Shown here piece after piece: positions 44,116-53,700 of a stretch of DNA of 64,000 nucleotides. The notes beneath the pieces are model-generated. The model saw nothing but the letters and a program-made list of their open reading frames with translations, had not been told where the DNA came from and did not search any database. Source of the stretch: a virus (lineage: Duplodnaviria > Caudoviricetes); the IMG/VR virus record IMGVR_UViG_3300031836_000002, positions 60,210-124,209 of that record. One strand, 5' to 3'. The first letter of the stretch is position 1, and every line of letters begins with the position of its first letter. The position numbers and the translations under genes were made by a program.

Positions 44116-45612
44116 CTACGTTGTTGTGGGTCCTCCAGAGGAGTTCTGCTTCATAACATTCAGGATTGCAAACAAGATGGCTGAGATTGGGCTGTCCTCT
44201 GTGAGAGGAGCTGGATCGGTAACAGGGTCCGGCTCGATCACGGGAGCCTTACCAGTTGCAGGATCCAGAGCGCCTGAGAAGAAGCTCTCTACGATGCTGC
44301 GAACCCGAACCGTGTCGATGTTTGAGCACGAGGTCTGGAAGGGCTTCCCGGTCGAAACGTTGATCTGGTTCTTGTGAAGCTCAATCGCTTGTTCGCGCAG
44401 ACGAGGGTTCAGCTTCTCCACGATGTATGTCAAGTATCCGAGCGTCAGGTAATCCAGATCGGTCAGGAGCGGATCGGTCTCAGTTGACCAACCGAACATG
44501 GATGCGCTTCCCGTCGTGTAGGCCACGAGATCCAGCTTCTGGAGCCGGGTGATTCGCGCCTTGCCATTTTCCGCAGACGTGACGAAGTGAACTGCATAGT
44601 CTGCGCGGCCAAGGAAGGTATTGACTACTGAATCGTGGGAGTAAGCTCCCGGCGTTCCCCACCAGTGTGCAATGAGCTTCTCTGGGAAGTACTGGCGGTC
44701 TTGCCCTTTGGACTTGTAGTAGTCGTATGCCTCCTTGTTGATAGCAACTCGGTCGTCCGCGGCGTCGCGCACCTCGTCATACCGGATCCAATCAGGGAAG
44801 TTGGAGAAGTCCGGCTGAACAATGTCAGCATCCTTCGGCTCCCAGATCGGAACGGGGTCTGTAGGTGTCGTTGGCTTGGGATCTGGATCCGGCGTTGGCT
44901 TGGGAGCTGGTGTGAGGTTGGCCAGACCGTTGACATTGGCACCACCAACGAATGAACCTGCCCAGAAGTACAGGCTGGAGTAGTAGCCGACGAACCAGAT
45001 GTCCGTGGTGATTCCACCTTGTGAGACCTTCTCACCCTTGACATATCCCTTGAAACGTCCAACAACCCCGCTGGGAACAACCTTGTCGAGAACGACAGAC
45101 GCCGTGGTAGTCGCCTCGGTTCGAGCGTTGGCATACCCCCCACCAGAGACAACGATGCGCTCGTTGGATTCCAGAGCTGCTGTAGTGCCGGGGAGATCCT
45201 TGGTGAAGTATGGCTTCGCGTCAACGCGGTCTCCATTGGGCAGATAAAGCTCGAAGTGGAGATGCCGCCCTTGGCTATCGCCGGTGCTGCCCATCATTGC
45301 GATAAGCTCGCCGCGTCCAACCGACTTGCCGACCCAGACCTTGATTCCACCAGTGATGAGATGGTTGTAGCCGGTCTTGGATCCACCGGCATGCTCAATG
45401 ACTACACGGTTGCCCCATCCGCCGTTGTAGCTGCCATCAGACGAGACTGAAACAACCTTCCCCGCTGCTGCTGCGAAGACGCGCTGAGACCCAGCGGGGT
45501 CGGCTGTATACCAGCCATAGTCGATGCCCTCGTGGCGGTCGGTCGATGAGTTGTACCAGAATCCCCGGTTCCAGAGACCGGCGTCTACTACTGGTAAGGC
45601 CAATGTGGTCAT
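44116..45612 (-). CDS. endolysin (M23 peptidase plus amidase-like domain)
   Basis: HEGID, GSTGDSQGRHLHFE; C-terminal AHWW...H..C. Confidence 0.9.
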   Translation of the reverse strand: MTTLALPVVDAGLWNRGFWYNSSTDRHEGIDYGWYTADPAGSQRVFAAAAGKVVSVSSDGSYNGGWGNRVVIEHAGGSKTGYNHLITGGIKVWVGKSVGRGELIAMMGSTGDSQGRHLHFELYLPNGDRVDAKPYFTKDLPGTTAALESNERIVVSGGGYANARTEATTTASVVLDKVVPSGVVGRFKGYVKGEKVSQGGITTDIWFVGYYSSLYFWAGSFVGGANVNGLANLTPAPKPTPDPDPKPTTPTDPVPIWEPKDADIVQPDFSNFPDWIRYDEVRDAADDRVAINKEAYDYYKSKGQDRQYFPEKLIAHWWGTPGAYSHDSVVNTFLGRADYAVHFVTSAENGKARITRLQKLDLVAYTTGSASMFGWSTETDPLLTDLDYLTLGYLTYIVEKLNPRLREQAIELHKNQINVSTGKPFQTSCSNIDTVRVRSIVESFFSGALDPATGKAPVIEPDPVTDPAPLTEDSPISAILFAILNVMKQNSSGGPTTT

Positions 45613-45664
45613 GTTGCTACTTCTCTCTAGATGATGTACTTCGAGGCGGTTGGTTGTGCCAAGG

Positions 45665-45976
45665 TCAAATGGTTAGTTGGCCGACGATTCCCACGACTAC
45701 TCCCACGAGACCAATCATGGCACCAGAAGTGGCAATGATGAAGCTACGGCCACTCACACTCTTGTGATTGTCGGTGGTCTCGTTGTAGCGTCTGGCTACT
45801 TCCATCTCATTGCGGGTGACGAAGGTGGCCGCTTGGTCACTGACTATGCTCCTCAGTTCATTGAGGAATACGAGACGCTCGTTGAGGGAACTGAGGGCAG
45901 CATCTAGGGCACGCTGGTCTGCAATGCGAAGCGCGTCGTAATGTTCTTTGAGGGTTTCAGCAGTCCACCCGCTCAC
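45665..45976 (-). CDS. membrane-anchored hypothetical protein
   Basis: C-terminal TM helix. Confidence 0.55.
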   Translation of the reverse strand: MSGWTAETLKEHYDALRIADQRALDAALSSLNERLVFLNELRSIVSDQAATFVTRNEMEVARRYNETTDNHKSVSGRSFIIATSGAMIGLVGVVVGIVGQLTI

Positions 45977-46121
45977 GATGGGTCCCCCCTTTCGCCCTCG
46001 ACCCGTTGTTGAAGACGGGCAGGTTCCCGAGAGCATCGAAGAGGGTCATGGGGTTGCTCCTAGGTAGGGGTTGTGTCCTAGTTACTATCGACCGAAAGGA
46101 AAGTGCCATCGGCTCAGGGTG

Positions 46122-46775
46122 TTACCAGTTGCCTCGGGGCCAGAGCTGTCCCCAAGCAAGGGTGGGCGCATCTTCGAAAAGTACAAGTCCGATAGTAGAG
46201 CCTTGCTGGGGCGAAACCTCGAAAGTTACGGCAGGAATCGTCACTTCCCCCCCGGAGGGGCTGACAGCCTGCGAGCCGTGTCCATACGCGGCAAATCTCT
46301 CATCGCCGCTCGCTAGGGAAGTGAGCAGGGTTCCTGCTGAACTCCACGCTCCGGGGGAGTACACCGAGGAGGAGCAGCTAAGGAGTAGCGCGTCGGAGTC
46401 CGCCCCTCCGGGGAAGACGGGGGATGGGGTGTAGTCGTTGGTAGTAATAGCTCGGGAGGAGAAGGAGACATTAGTGGCTCCCGAAACCGCCACGACAAAA
46501 GCGATGAATCGACCGCTCGTGGGCTGCTCGACAGTTACAGTGGACCCCTCCGTACCGTCAGCGATTCTCGACATCACAAATGTACTTTGGGTGTACCCTG
46601 ACACCTGCTCGCTGACAACCAGAACCCACCCGGCTGGGGGGGAGATCGTGCTGGACCTGTGCATCCCTGACAAAATAAGCATGTTTCCGGATACCACGCC
46701 TGCGGGAATGGTCACAGCAAGGCTTGTAGTCCCATTCGAAAAAGCCGTAGGACCTGTAGCAGTAATTCCAGCCAT
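46122..46775 (-). CDS. minor tail protein
   Basis: Beta-rich; P.G...GD, PAGW motifs. Confidence 0.7.
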   Translation of the reverse strand: MAGITATGPTAFSNGTTSLAVTIPAGVVSGNMLILSGMHRSSTISPPAGWVLVVSEQVSGYTQSTFVMSRIADGTEGSTVTVEQPTSGRFIAFVVAVSGATNVSFSSRAITTNDYTPSPVFPGGADSDALLLSCSSSVYSPGAWSSAGTLLTSLASGDERFAAYGHGSQAVSPSGGEVTIPAVTFEVSPQQGSTIGLVLFEDAPTLAWGQLWPRGNW

Positions 46776-46778
46776 CGG

Positions 46779-49463
46779 TTACTCCGTCTGAATCCATGTA
46801 AGGGTGACCGTCACAGACGCTGCCACCGTGTCAAGGTTCTGAACTGCAAGTGGAATGTCCGAAGTGGCTGGAGACTCCGTGTTCATCCCATCCACCACAG
46901 GAGACAGAACGGCAGACAGAACGGTGTTGGTGGATACGAAATCAAAGATCAAACCGTGATCCCCCGTAGGGTCCGTTCCGACTGCACGAGAGGCATCGAC
47001 GGTTCGATAGGCAGGTGTCGCGTACAGTCGAACGCGAGCCGGTCCATTTGTCTCAATCTTCAAGAGGCGGTAACCAACTGCGAGGGCCTGCGTTCCTGTC
47101 TCCTCGGCCTCAGTAGCCAAGGAGGCCGTCGTGTAGACAACGGTAGCCCTAGTCGGGAGCGCCCCACCACCACCTGCGTACAGGTCCCAATCAGTCCCTA
47201 CTCCCGGCTCTGATCCAGTGGTGGTGACGGACGTGACCCACTGCGCGCTGGCATGGGTAACGATGTCGTTCTGAACATACTGAGTGAGAGCGTCCCAGTC
47301 TCCTCGGTACACCAAGCCGGTGCCATTGGTGCCGGGGTCTCCTTTGATGTCCAACAACGCTACAAGGGTGACCCACGAAGGGTCTCCCACATATCTCCAT
47401 TGAATCTCTGTGGGGGTCTTCTGAAGTTCGACTTCCCTACCGTCTACAGCGTCTGTTCCATTGGTTCCCGCGGCTGCAATGAGTTTCCACTCTGCGGAAG
47501 TTCCCGTGGGTGGGACGTTGGTGTTAGTTAGCACACATAGCCAAGAGGACCCCAAGTACGAAACGGCTGCTAGCGGGGTGTAGGTGGAGCCACTGGACCA
47601 TACCCCCTCCCACCTGATCCCAATTGGTCCCACGACACCTTGCAGCCCCTGAGGACCTCTCTGGGTGGTTTGCGCGTTGGGAGTCCCTCCTCCACCGCCT
47701 CCACTGGATGTATTGGCTAGAGTCCCTCCCAAAGTTCCAGTGGAAGCGGACTTGAGCCATCTCTCGTATCTCTGATCACGATCCTCAAATATCGTGTCCA
47801 ACTCCACAGAAAACGTAGGTTCCCCTGTTTTGGAGTCTTCGGCAACAGACAACGACATCACACGACGGGGTTCCAGTCCTACTTTTCCGGGAGCCAGTAC
47901 CCAATCCCCAACAAAAAAGTCTACGAATGGTCTAGCATCATCCACGTCAATGATCTCGAAGGTGGCTGAAGTCTCTGGCTCTGCCTTCTGAGAGAAAACC
48001 TTTTGTGCCACATCGCTGCTCACAGATGGGGAGGCCCCTGTGGAGATAAATCCCTCAACTCGACCGTAATCCGTTATGGAAGTTGTCAGTCCATCAGCTG
48101 CCATCCCGTACCCAAGAGTGTGTTCAATGAGGAGAGTGTTCTTGATGTCGGAGACCCCATCCTCTCCGGCCTTAGTAACGTTCCTGCCGATCTCAAACTT
48201 GACGGGTTGGACCGCGGTCGATTGAACGTCCCTGTGGCTTCCACGGTCGCTGTACATGTTCAGCTCTAGTGTGTCTGGGTCAATCCAAAGGTCGCAAACA
48301 ACTTCCTCTAGCCGAGCTACGACATCAAAATACTCTGAGCCTACGTCGAATTCCCAGTCAAGGGATCTTGCCCAAGTGGCTCCATCACTATCTACGTCCG
48401 CTGTGAAGGTGGGGGTCAGGAAGGTGGGGAATCGGACACCACGAGCTTGTGCTTCACCCAGTAGGGTGAGAAGGATCTCTCCGGGTGACCATCCGGGTGA
48501 GGGGTCCGGGTAGCTATTGACTACCCAACCGGCATCACCTGTTACGGTGATCAGCACGGCTGCGGTTTCTGTGGCTGCATCCCCTGCCTTGAACAAGGCG
48601 GCAATTAGTGCGGCTACCCCGGAATTGTTCTGTACCCGTGCTGCCAGAACGTGGGTTCCGGGACCTAGCTGGAAGTCCGCTCTCCACGTCTGTGCGTAGC
48701 CTGCTGTGTCCCGTGAGGTTATTACCTGAGCGGCGTCCACGTACACGTCGAAGTCGTCATCCGCGGCGCAGAATATCGAATAGTCCGACAGACCAGTCCC
48801 CAATACCTCAAATTCAAATCTGAAGAAGTTCACCCCCAGAGGTGCTGGAGATACCGGGCTGTTTGCTACCCCCCATACCCAGTAAGCCAGTGGGGCATCC
48901 GGCCACTCTGCTGGAGCTGTTCCCCACGGGTTAGTGGTTCCGGGGTCCAGCGTATGTTGGGCTATCTTTACTGGCTCTACCCAATCCGCTGGTTTGTACC
49001 AACTACCACGCTCGGACGCGAAGGAGAAGACTCTGGATGATTGGGAGTCCTCCTTGAGTCCACCATAGGGAAGAACTACGGCATCTCGAAGCCACGAGCG
49101 AAGGCCCTCCCCTGCAATGTTCCAAGCTTCTCCAGCGTGCTCTAGTGCACTGGCGTAGTCGGCTTCCTTGCTTTGAATAAGAAATCCGCCAACAACCTTA
49201 GTGTCTAGTCGGCATTTGACTACGTTTCTCCACTCAAGAAGGTTAGGGGACTCTTTCAACTTGGCATCGTTCTGCATGATGCTGAAAGATCCGCCGCCAG
49301 AATTCTTAAGTTCGTCTAGGGCGCTCAGTCCGGTTCTACGGGGAATAATGTCGATGATCACTGTGGGGTCTGAGGCGGAGTACACTTCCAGCTCAAGTCC
49401 GATGCGGGTTGGTGTTCCAGCATCTGTCAGAACCGTGAAGGCTACCGGGTTTGACTCGGGCAC
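46779..49463 (-). CDS. minor tail protein (collagen-like and carbohydrate-binding repeats)
   Basis: GXY repeats; W...Y...D.V repeats. Confidence 0.8.
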   Translation of the reverse strand: MPESNPVAFTVLTDAGTPTRIGLELEVYSASDPTVIIDIIPRRTGLSALDELKNSGGGSFSIMQNDAKLKESPNLLEWRNVVKCRLDTKVVGGFLIQSKEADYASALEHAGEAWNIAGEGLRSWLRDAVVLPYGGLKEDSQSSRVFSFASERGSWYKPADWVEPVKIAQHTLDPGTTNPWGTAPAEWPDAPLAYWVWGVANSPVSPAPLGVNFFRFEFEVLGTGLSDYSIFCAADDDFDVYVDAAQVITSRDTAGYAQTWRADFQLGPGTHVLAARVQNNSGVAALIAALFKAGDAATETAAVLITVTGDAGWVVNSYPDPSPGWSPGEILLTLLGEAQARGVRFPTFLTPTFTADVDSDGATWARSLDWEFDVGSEYFDVVARLEEVVCDLWIDPDTLELNMYSDRGSHRDVQSTAVQPVKFEIGRNVTKAGEDGVSDIKNTLLIEHTLGYGMAADGLTTSITDYGRVEGFISTGASPSVSSDVAQKVFSQKAEPETSATFEIIDVDDARPFVDFFVGDWVLAPGKVGLEPRRVMSLSVAEDSKTGEPTFSVELDTIFEDRDQRYERWLKSASTGTLGGTLANTSSGGGGGGTPNAQTTQRGPQGLQGVVGPIGIRWEGVWSSGSTYTPLAAVSYLGSSWLCVLTNTNVPPTGTSAEWKLIAAAGTNGTDAVDGREVELQKTPTEIQWRYVGDPSWVTLVALLDIKGDPGTNGTGLVYRGDWDALTQYVQNDIVTHASAQWVTSVTTTGSEPGVGTDWDLYAGGGGALPTRATVVYTTASLATEAEETGTQALAVGYRLLKIETNGPARVRLYATPAYRTVDASRAVGTDPTGDHGLIFDFVSTNTVLSAVLSPVVDGMNTESPATSDIPLAVQNLDTVAASVTVTLTWIQTE

Positions 49464-50449
49464 TAGAGAACCTCCAAAACAACTTTGACCATGGCGGAAA
49501 CAGCGCCGGTTGGAACGATGGCTACAATCCACCCGTGTTCGGTGGTTATCTCATCTGGATCTAAGGCTTGGCCATGCTTAATTACCTTATCCAAACTGCT
49601 GTTCTCTGGGACCTTCTCCCACTTGGAGATCTGACATACGAGGTTTCCTAAGGTGATTTTCCCATTGTACTGATTTTGGAAGTCCCCAAATCCATGTCCA
49701 TAGATGTTGAAGATGTACCCCTCTTTACCCTGTTCAGGTCTAATCCACCAGATCACGGGTGAGGGTTGATCGGTGGTCACTGTCATATCTGCATAGGCCG
49801 CACGAGCGAGCACTTCCAAAATCGGATGAATGTTTAGGTCGGAATAGGTGGCTACCATTTTCCAGCCCGGAACCACCCCAAAGTTCATGTCTGCATAGGC
49901 CGCAGATGTGATCTGTACGGGGTACTCCTCAGCGCCTATGTTCATTTCTGAATACGCTACTGCCCCCAGCGAACTTCGACTAGGAACACCAACATTCATG
50001 GTCGAGTAAACTGCTGCTGAACCTAGAACAGGTTGAATGTCAAGGTTTCTATTTTTGTCTGTCCAGAAGGACCACTTCCCATCCGCTATAGACCCTGCGC
50101 GCATCCGGTAGAACCATGAGGTCTGCTTTAGGTCGGTGGGAGGCTGCACGAAACTGGTGACTCCAGAGGAGAGTGCCATCAGACTTTGTGTGTAGGTGGC
50201 CGTGGGGAGCCAGCCAGCTAATTCAGTCCCTGTGGGTACGGAGGTTCTCCACTCCACTTGAACATCAACCGGAGCGCCTAGATCAGACACTGGTGTGAAC
50301 TCAATGTTGGGTCGAAGCACACGAAAAACTGCCTCTGATGCTGGGGCAGTGATCTCCACAAAATACCCGTTGGCCGCTGGACCCTGTTGTGGGGCACGGC
50401 TGTATGACGCCGTACCTCCGCGATAAGGCCTAGTCGGTCTACGGGTCAT
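49463..50449 (-). CDS. minor tail protein
   Basis: Synteny; Ig-like composition. Confidence 0.65.
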   Translation of the reverse strand: MTRRPTRPYRGGTASYSRAPQQGPAANGYFVEITAPASEAVFRVLRPNIEFTPVSDLGAPVDVQVEWRTSVPTGTELAGWLPTATYTQSLMALSSGVTSFVQPPTDLKQTSWFYRMRAGSIADGKWSFWTDKNRNLDIQPVLGSAAVYSTMNVGVPSRSSLGAVAYSEMNIGAEEYPVQITSAAYADMNFGVVPGWKMVATYSDLNIHPILEVLARAAYADMTVTTDQPSPVIWWIRPEQGKEGYIFNIYGHGFGDFQNQYNGKITLGNLVCQISKWEKVPENSSLDKVIKHGQALDPDEITTEHGWIVAIVPTGAVSAMVKVVLEVL

Positions 50450-50452
50450 GGA

Positions 50453-50893
50453 CTACTCGTCAAAAATCATGAAAGCGGCTGCACTAACAATGGCACTGGC
50501 TTGAACCCTAATACCCAGCCTGCCTACCGCTGCTACAGACACTCTCTCGTCGTATGCGTACTGAAGAACGAGGTTCCCACCAGCTGGGGTGACATAGTGT
50601 CTCTCCAAGACATCCCCGTTGGTGGGTTCGGCGGTGTGGGAAGTTCTGGCCGTCATCAAAGGGGCGTCGTCTGAGGGGTTCAGCTTCACTGGAACAAAGG
50701 CTGCTGAGGTTCCTGCGCTGCTCAGTCGGATAAGCTCCACCAAAACAGGGGCGTCGGTGTTGGTGACTCCATTGAAGGATACCCCCCACCGAACCAACTC
50801 TATTTTCTTAGCTCCAGCCACTCCTTGAATGAGCGTCTCTGTAGTAGCTGCTGCCAAAGACTCGCCACTAACATTTACTCCATAAAGACTCAT
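50453..50893 (-). CDS. minor tail protein
   Basis: Synteny. Confidence 0.6.
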   Translation of the reverse strand: MSLYGVNVSGESLAAATTETLIQGVAGAKKIELVRWGVSFNGVTNTDAPVLVELIRLSSAGTSAAFVPVKLNPSDDAPLMTARTSHTAEPTNGDVLERHYVTPAGGNLVLQYAYDERVSVAAVGRLGIRVQASAIVSAAAFMIFDE

Positions 50894-50894
50894 T

Positions 50895-51794
50895 TTATAC
50901 CTCCCAAAGGTTTACGTCTGCTGCCACTCTGGCGGACCAGACACTTACTTGTGCGTTAGACGGGACTGTCCGTCTCAAAATAAAAACTCCGCTCAACGCT
51001 CCGGGGAGTATCGAGGCGATTACCTGACTGGGCAGGAATGAAGCGCCTCCGTCAGCCGATATGGTGTGCATGGCATCTACTGGAGGCACCCCCGGAGTCA
51101 ATGCCTCCACATACAGGTCTATGTCCGTTGCCGTTAGGGTGGCAGAAAGGTTCTTGATCCTAAAACTTCGATCTTCAGAGGAAGATCTAGGGACGTTTCC
51201 CCAGTCGAAGAAGTACGGTGTCAACTTAGCGTCGGTGAGTTCGGACCGAAAATCTAGTCTGTCAGGGGTGGCTGAGTTGGCGGGTTCCCCATAAATTTGG
51301 AAAGCTTTGAGGCGCAAGACCGAGCTACCGGAATAACTATAGTCGGAAGTTACTCTAATTCCTCTGAGGTCTCGGGATGAAGAATTGTCTTGAAGGGTAA
51401 TCAGGTTGCTAGAGATTCGATAATTTGGTTTTACGACCGACATAGGGGTTTGATTTGTGAGGTACTGCGTGGTCCATGTTCCGTCCACCCCGTTGGTGGT
51501 GTCTTTCGATGTCTCTACCGTCCATGCAGGAGCAGTATCATAAGTCACGGCGTAGGTTGCTGCAAAAAATAGAGCTACAGCGTTGGTGGGAATAGGAAAA
51601 ATTACTGCAAAAGATTTCTGATTTTCTACAGACTGTATAAAGTCCTCTGCCTCTGAGTTCACAACTCTTCTGTTGGCAGCTGCTTGAGCTGTTACGGCGT
51701 TGGCGGTAGAAATGAAAACCAGTATCGAGCCATCCCGGTCCCACGCCAGTCTAGGGCTGGGGGCATTCATGTAATTACCAGCCATCAGATCCAC
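50895..51794 (-). CDS. minor tail protein
   Basis: Paralog of the next gene (D.TNGVDGT, DWG.VP.SS). Confidence 0.7.
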   Translation of the reverse strand: MDLMAGNYMNAPSPRLAWDRDGSILVFISTANAVTAQAAANRRVVNSEAEDFIQSVENQKSFAVIFPIPTNAVALFFAATYAVTYDTAPAWTVETSKDTTNGVDGTWTTQYLTNQTPMSVVKPNYRISSNLITLQDNSSSRDLRGIRVTSDYSYSGSSVLRLKAFQIYGEPANSATPDRLDFRSELTDAKLTPYFFDWGNVPRSSSEDRSFRIKNLSATLTATDIDLYVEALTPGVPPVDAMHTISADGGASFLPSQVIASILPGALSGVFILRRTVPSNAQVSVWSARVAADVNLWEV

Positions 51795-52780
51795 TCTCCA
51801 ACTTCTGTAGTAAGTCTAGGTGCCCAGTTGGAAAGTTCAGCATTTGATGGAACCACCCTTCTGAACAAAATTTCGGAAGAAATGGCCTGTGGTGACAACG
51901 CTGCGATAGTCAACTCAGATAGCCACGTAACCCCGGCGTCCATAGAAAACAAGAACATGGTGTGTGGTGCTGGAGTTGTAGAAGAGGCTGCGGCTACTGC
52001 TCGCAGCAAAATACTTGAGGCTCCTTTGGTATCTGAGTTGTTTTTAACTCGGAAACTCTTATCCGCTGTTGAGGAGAGAGGGACATCCCCCCAGTCAAGC
52101 TCTCCGGGAGAGACTTCGATGTCAGTTGAAGATTTCCAGAATCTCAAATGTTCTTTCGTTGCATTAGTGTCTGGGGTTCCATAAAGGTGTAGATGCAAAG
52201 CAGCCTCGGGTTTCCTGTTGGAGTCCACGACGTACATCGAGAGCCTAACCACACGAACATTCCTAGCTGAAGAGCCTCCTACGGTCTTTACCCCTCTGCC
52301 TGCTGACCCACCAGAGTCAGGTCTTCGGTACACGTCATTCAGAGGAATTCCGTGACCAAATCCAGTCATGCCGTCGTACACTGAATAACCGGTTTCATGC
52401 GAAATGTCAATCTGTGTTCTAACAAATTGGAGAGGTTGAATAGTTGTGAATGTTCCGTCTACTCCATTGGTGGAGTCTGAACTAAACTCAACACCAACTA
52501 CCTCCTTGTGCGCGTTCGGGGTAGTGAAAATTTCATAACTGGCACCTTCTGCCAAATATCCTTGGATTTTGTAGGCCGTAGGAAGTATCAGAAAAGCTTT
52601 CAACACATATACCGATTCAGGACCCGGGAACACTGCACCTCCACTGTGCTCGTCGTTCAGTGCTTGGACGCTTCGCGGGTGAGCATCCAAAATTTCCAGT
52701 GTGAGGGGTGCTTGAAAAAGTAGTTGAGCACCCTCTAAGTCATACGCAATACGCAATCCGGGCGGTGTTGGGTAGGGCAT
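51785..52780 (-). CDS. minor tail protein
   Basis: Paralog of the previous gene. Confidence 0.7.
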   Translation of the reverse strand: MPYPTPPGLRIAYDLEGAQLLFQAPLTLEILDAHPRSVQALNDEHSGGAVFPGPESVYVLKAFLILPTAYKIQGYLAEGASYEIFTTPNAHKEVVGVEFSSDSTNGVDGTFTTIQPLQFVRTQIDISHETGYSVYDGMTGFGHGIPLNDVYRRPDSGGSAGRGVKTVGGSSARNVRVVRLSMYVVDSNRKPEAALHLHLYGTPDTNATKEHLRFWKSSTDIEVSPGELDWGDVPLSSTADKSFRVKNNSDTKGASSILLRAVAAASSTTPAPHTMFLFSMDAGVTWLSELTIAALSPQAISSEILFRRVVPSNAELSNWAPRLTTEVGEWI

Positions 52781-52785
52781 TCACA

Positions 52786-53700
52786 TCACATCCAAACAGG
52801 TCGGTATCGAAGTTCGGCGGTGCCTGTTCCTGCCTGAACTGTGAGTTCTAATTGAACACTACCCGGTTCCAGAAACATCCAGAAACGGTCCCCTGCGTGA
52901 GTGACGTACCCAGAAGATTTGTAGGAAGTGCCCACGGGATAGTGGGTGGCTGAGAAGTTGTGTGCTCGAACCGTAGCTGTCTCTGTTGCCGCCACCACAG
53001 TACTGTACTGAACCCAGAGTCCTAGTTCGGTTGAGTTGGTGACTCGTGGTGTGGTGACAGGACCCACGAAGTCCAGTTCTACATAGGTAGTTCGGTCGTC
53101 TCCCAGTACGCTGATGGTTTGAGAGGGTCCGGGGTTTACCGCGTCTGCGGGAGCAGTGGAGAAGGGCACCGAGATCTCTGGTCCATAAAAGTAGGGGTCG
53201 GCCAGTCGCAGATCCACCGTAAAGACTGCACGAGCTGGTCCACTCTTTCGTGGGTCCAAGCCACCACTGTAGGACGCTTGCGCCTCTGCTGTGTACAGTC
53301 GCCAGAGACCACTCTGCTGAAGAGCAGATACGTCCACTCCAGCGGCCACCAAATCCGCCTCAGGCACCCAGAATCTCTTCGTGAGGGTGAACTGGCGTCC
53401 CCTGCGCCACAGGAGCCGTCTCAGGTGTTTCCAGTTACGGTCATAGGTGCGTCGAACGTTCTCATCCACAGGGATGGAGCCGTCTTCGTTGGCTCCGATG
53501 ACCCACATACCCAGAGTGAGTATTCGAGAGTCTGGAACCTTGGTGACGTGTTTAGATCCGGGCATATAAGGGATCACAATGTCGGACCCGCGCAGAGGGA
53601 TAGCCGCTTCTCTGTCGTCTCCCAAGGTGGTGATGTTGAAGGCGAGAGTTTGCAACGACACACCGTCTACGGACCAGAAAACTTCAGTGCTATTAGTCAT
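52786..53700 (-). CDS. distal tail (Dit)-like protein
   Basis: Follows tape measure; DPYFYG motif. Confidence 0.75.
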   Translation of the reverse strand: MTNSTEVFWSVDGVSLQTLAFNITTLGDDREAAIPLRGSDIVIPYMPGSKHVTKVPDSRILTLGMWVIGANEDGSIPVDENVRRTYDRNWKHLRRLLWRRGRQFTLTKRFWVPEADLVAAGVDVSALQQSGLWRLYTAEAQASYSGGLDPRKSGPARAVFTVDLRLADPYFYGPEISVPFSTAPADAVNPGPSQTISVLGDDRTTYVELDFVGPVTTPRVTNSTELGLWVQYSTVVAATETATVRAHNFSATHYPVGTSYKSSGYVTHAGDRFWMFLEPGSVQLELTVQAGTGTAELRYRPVWM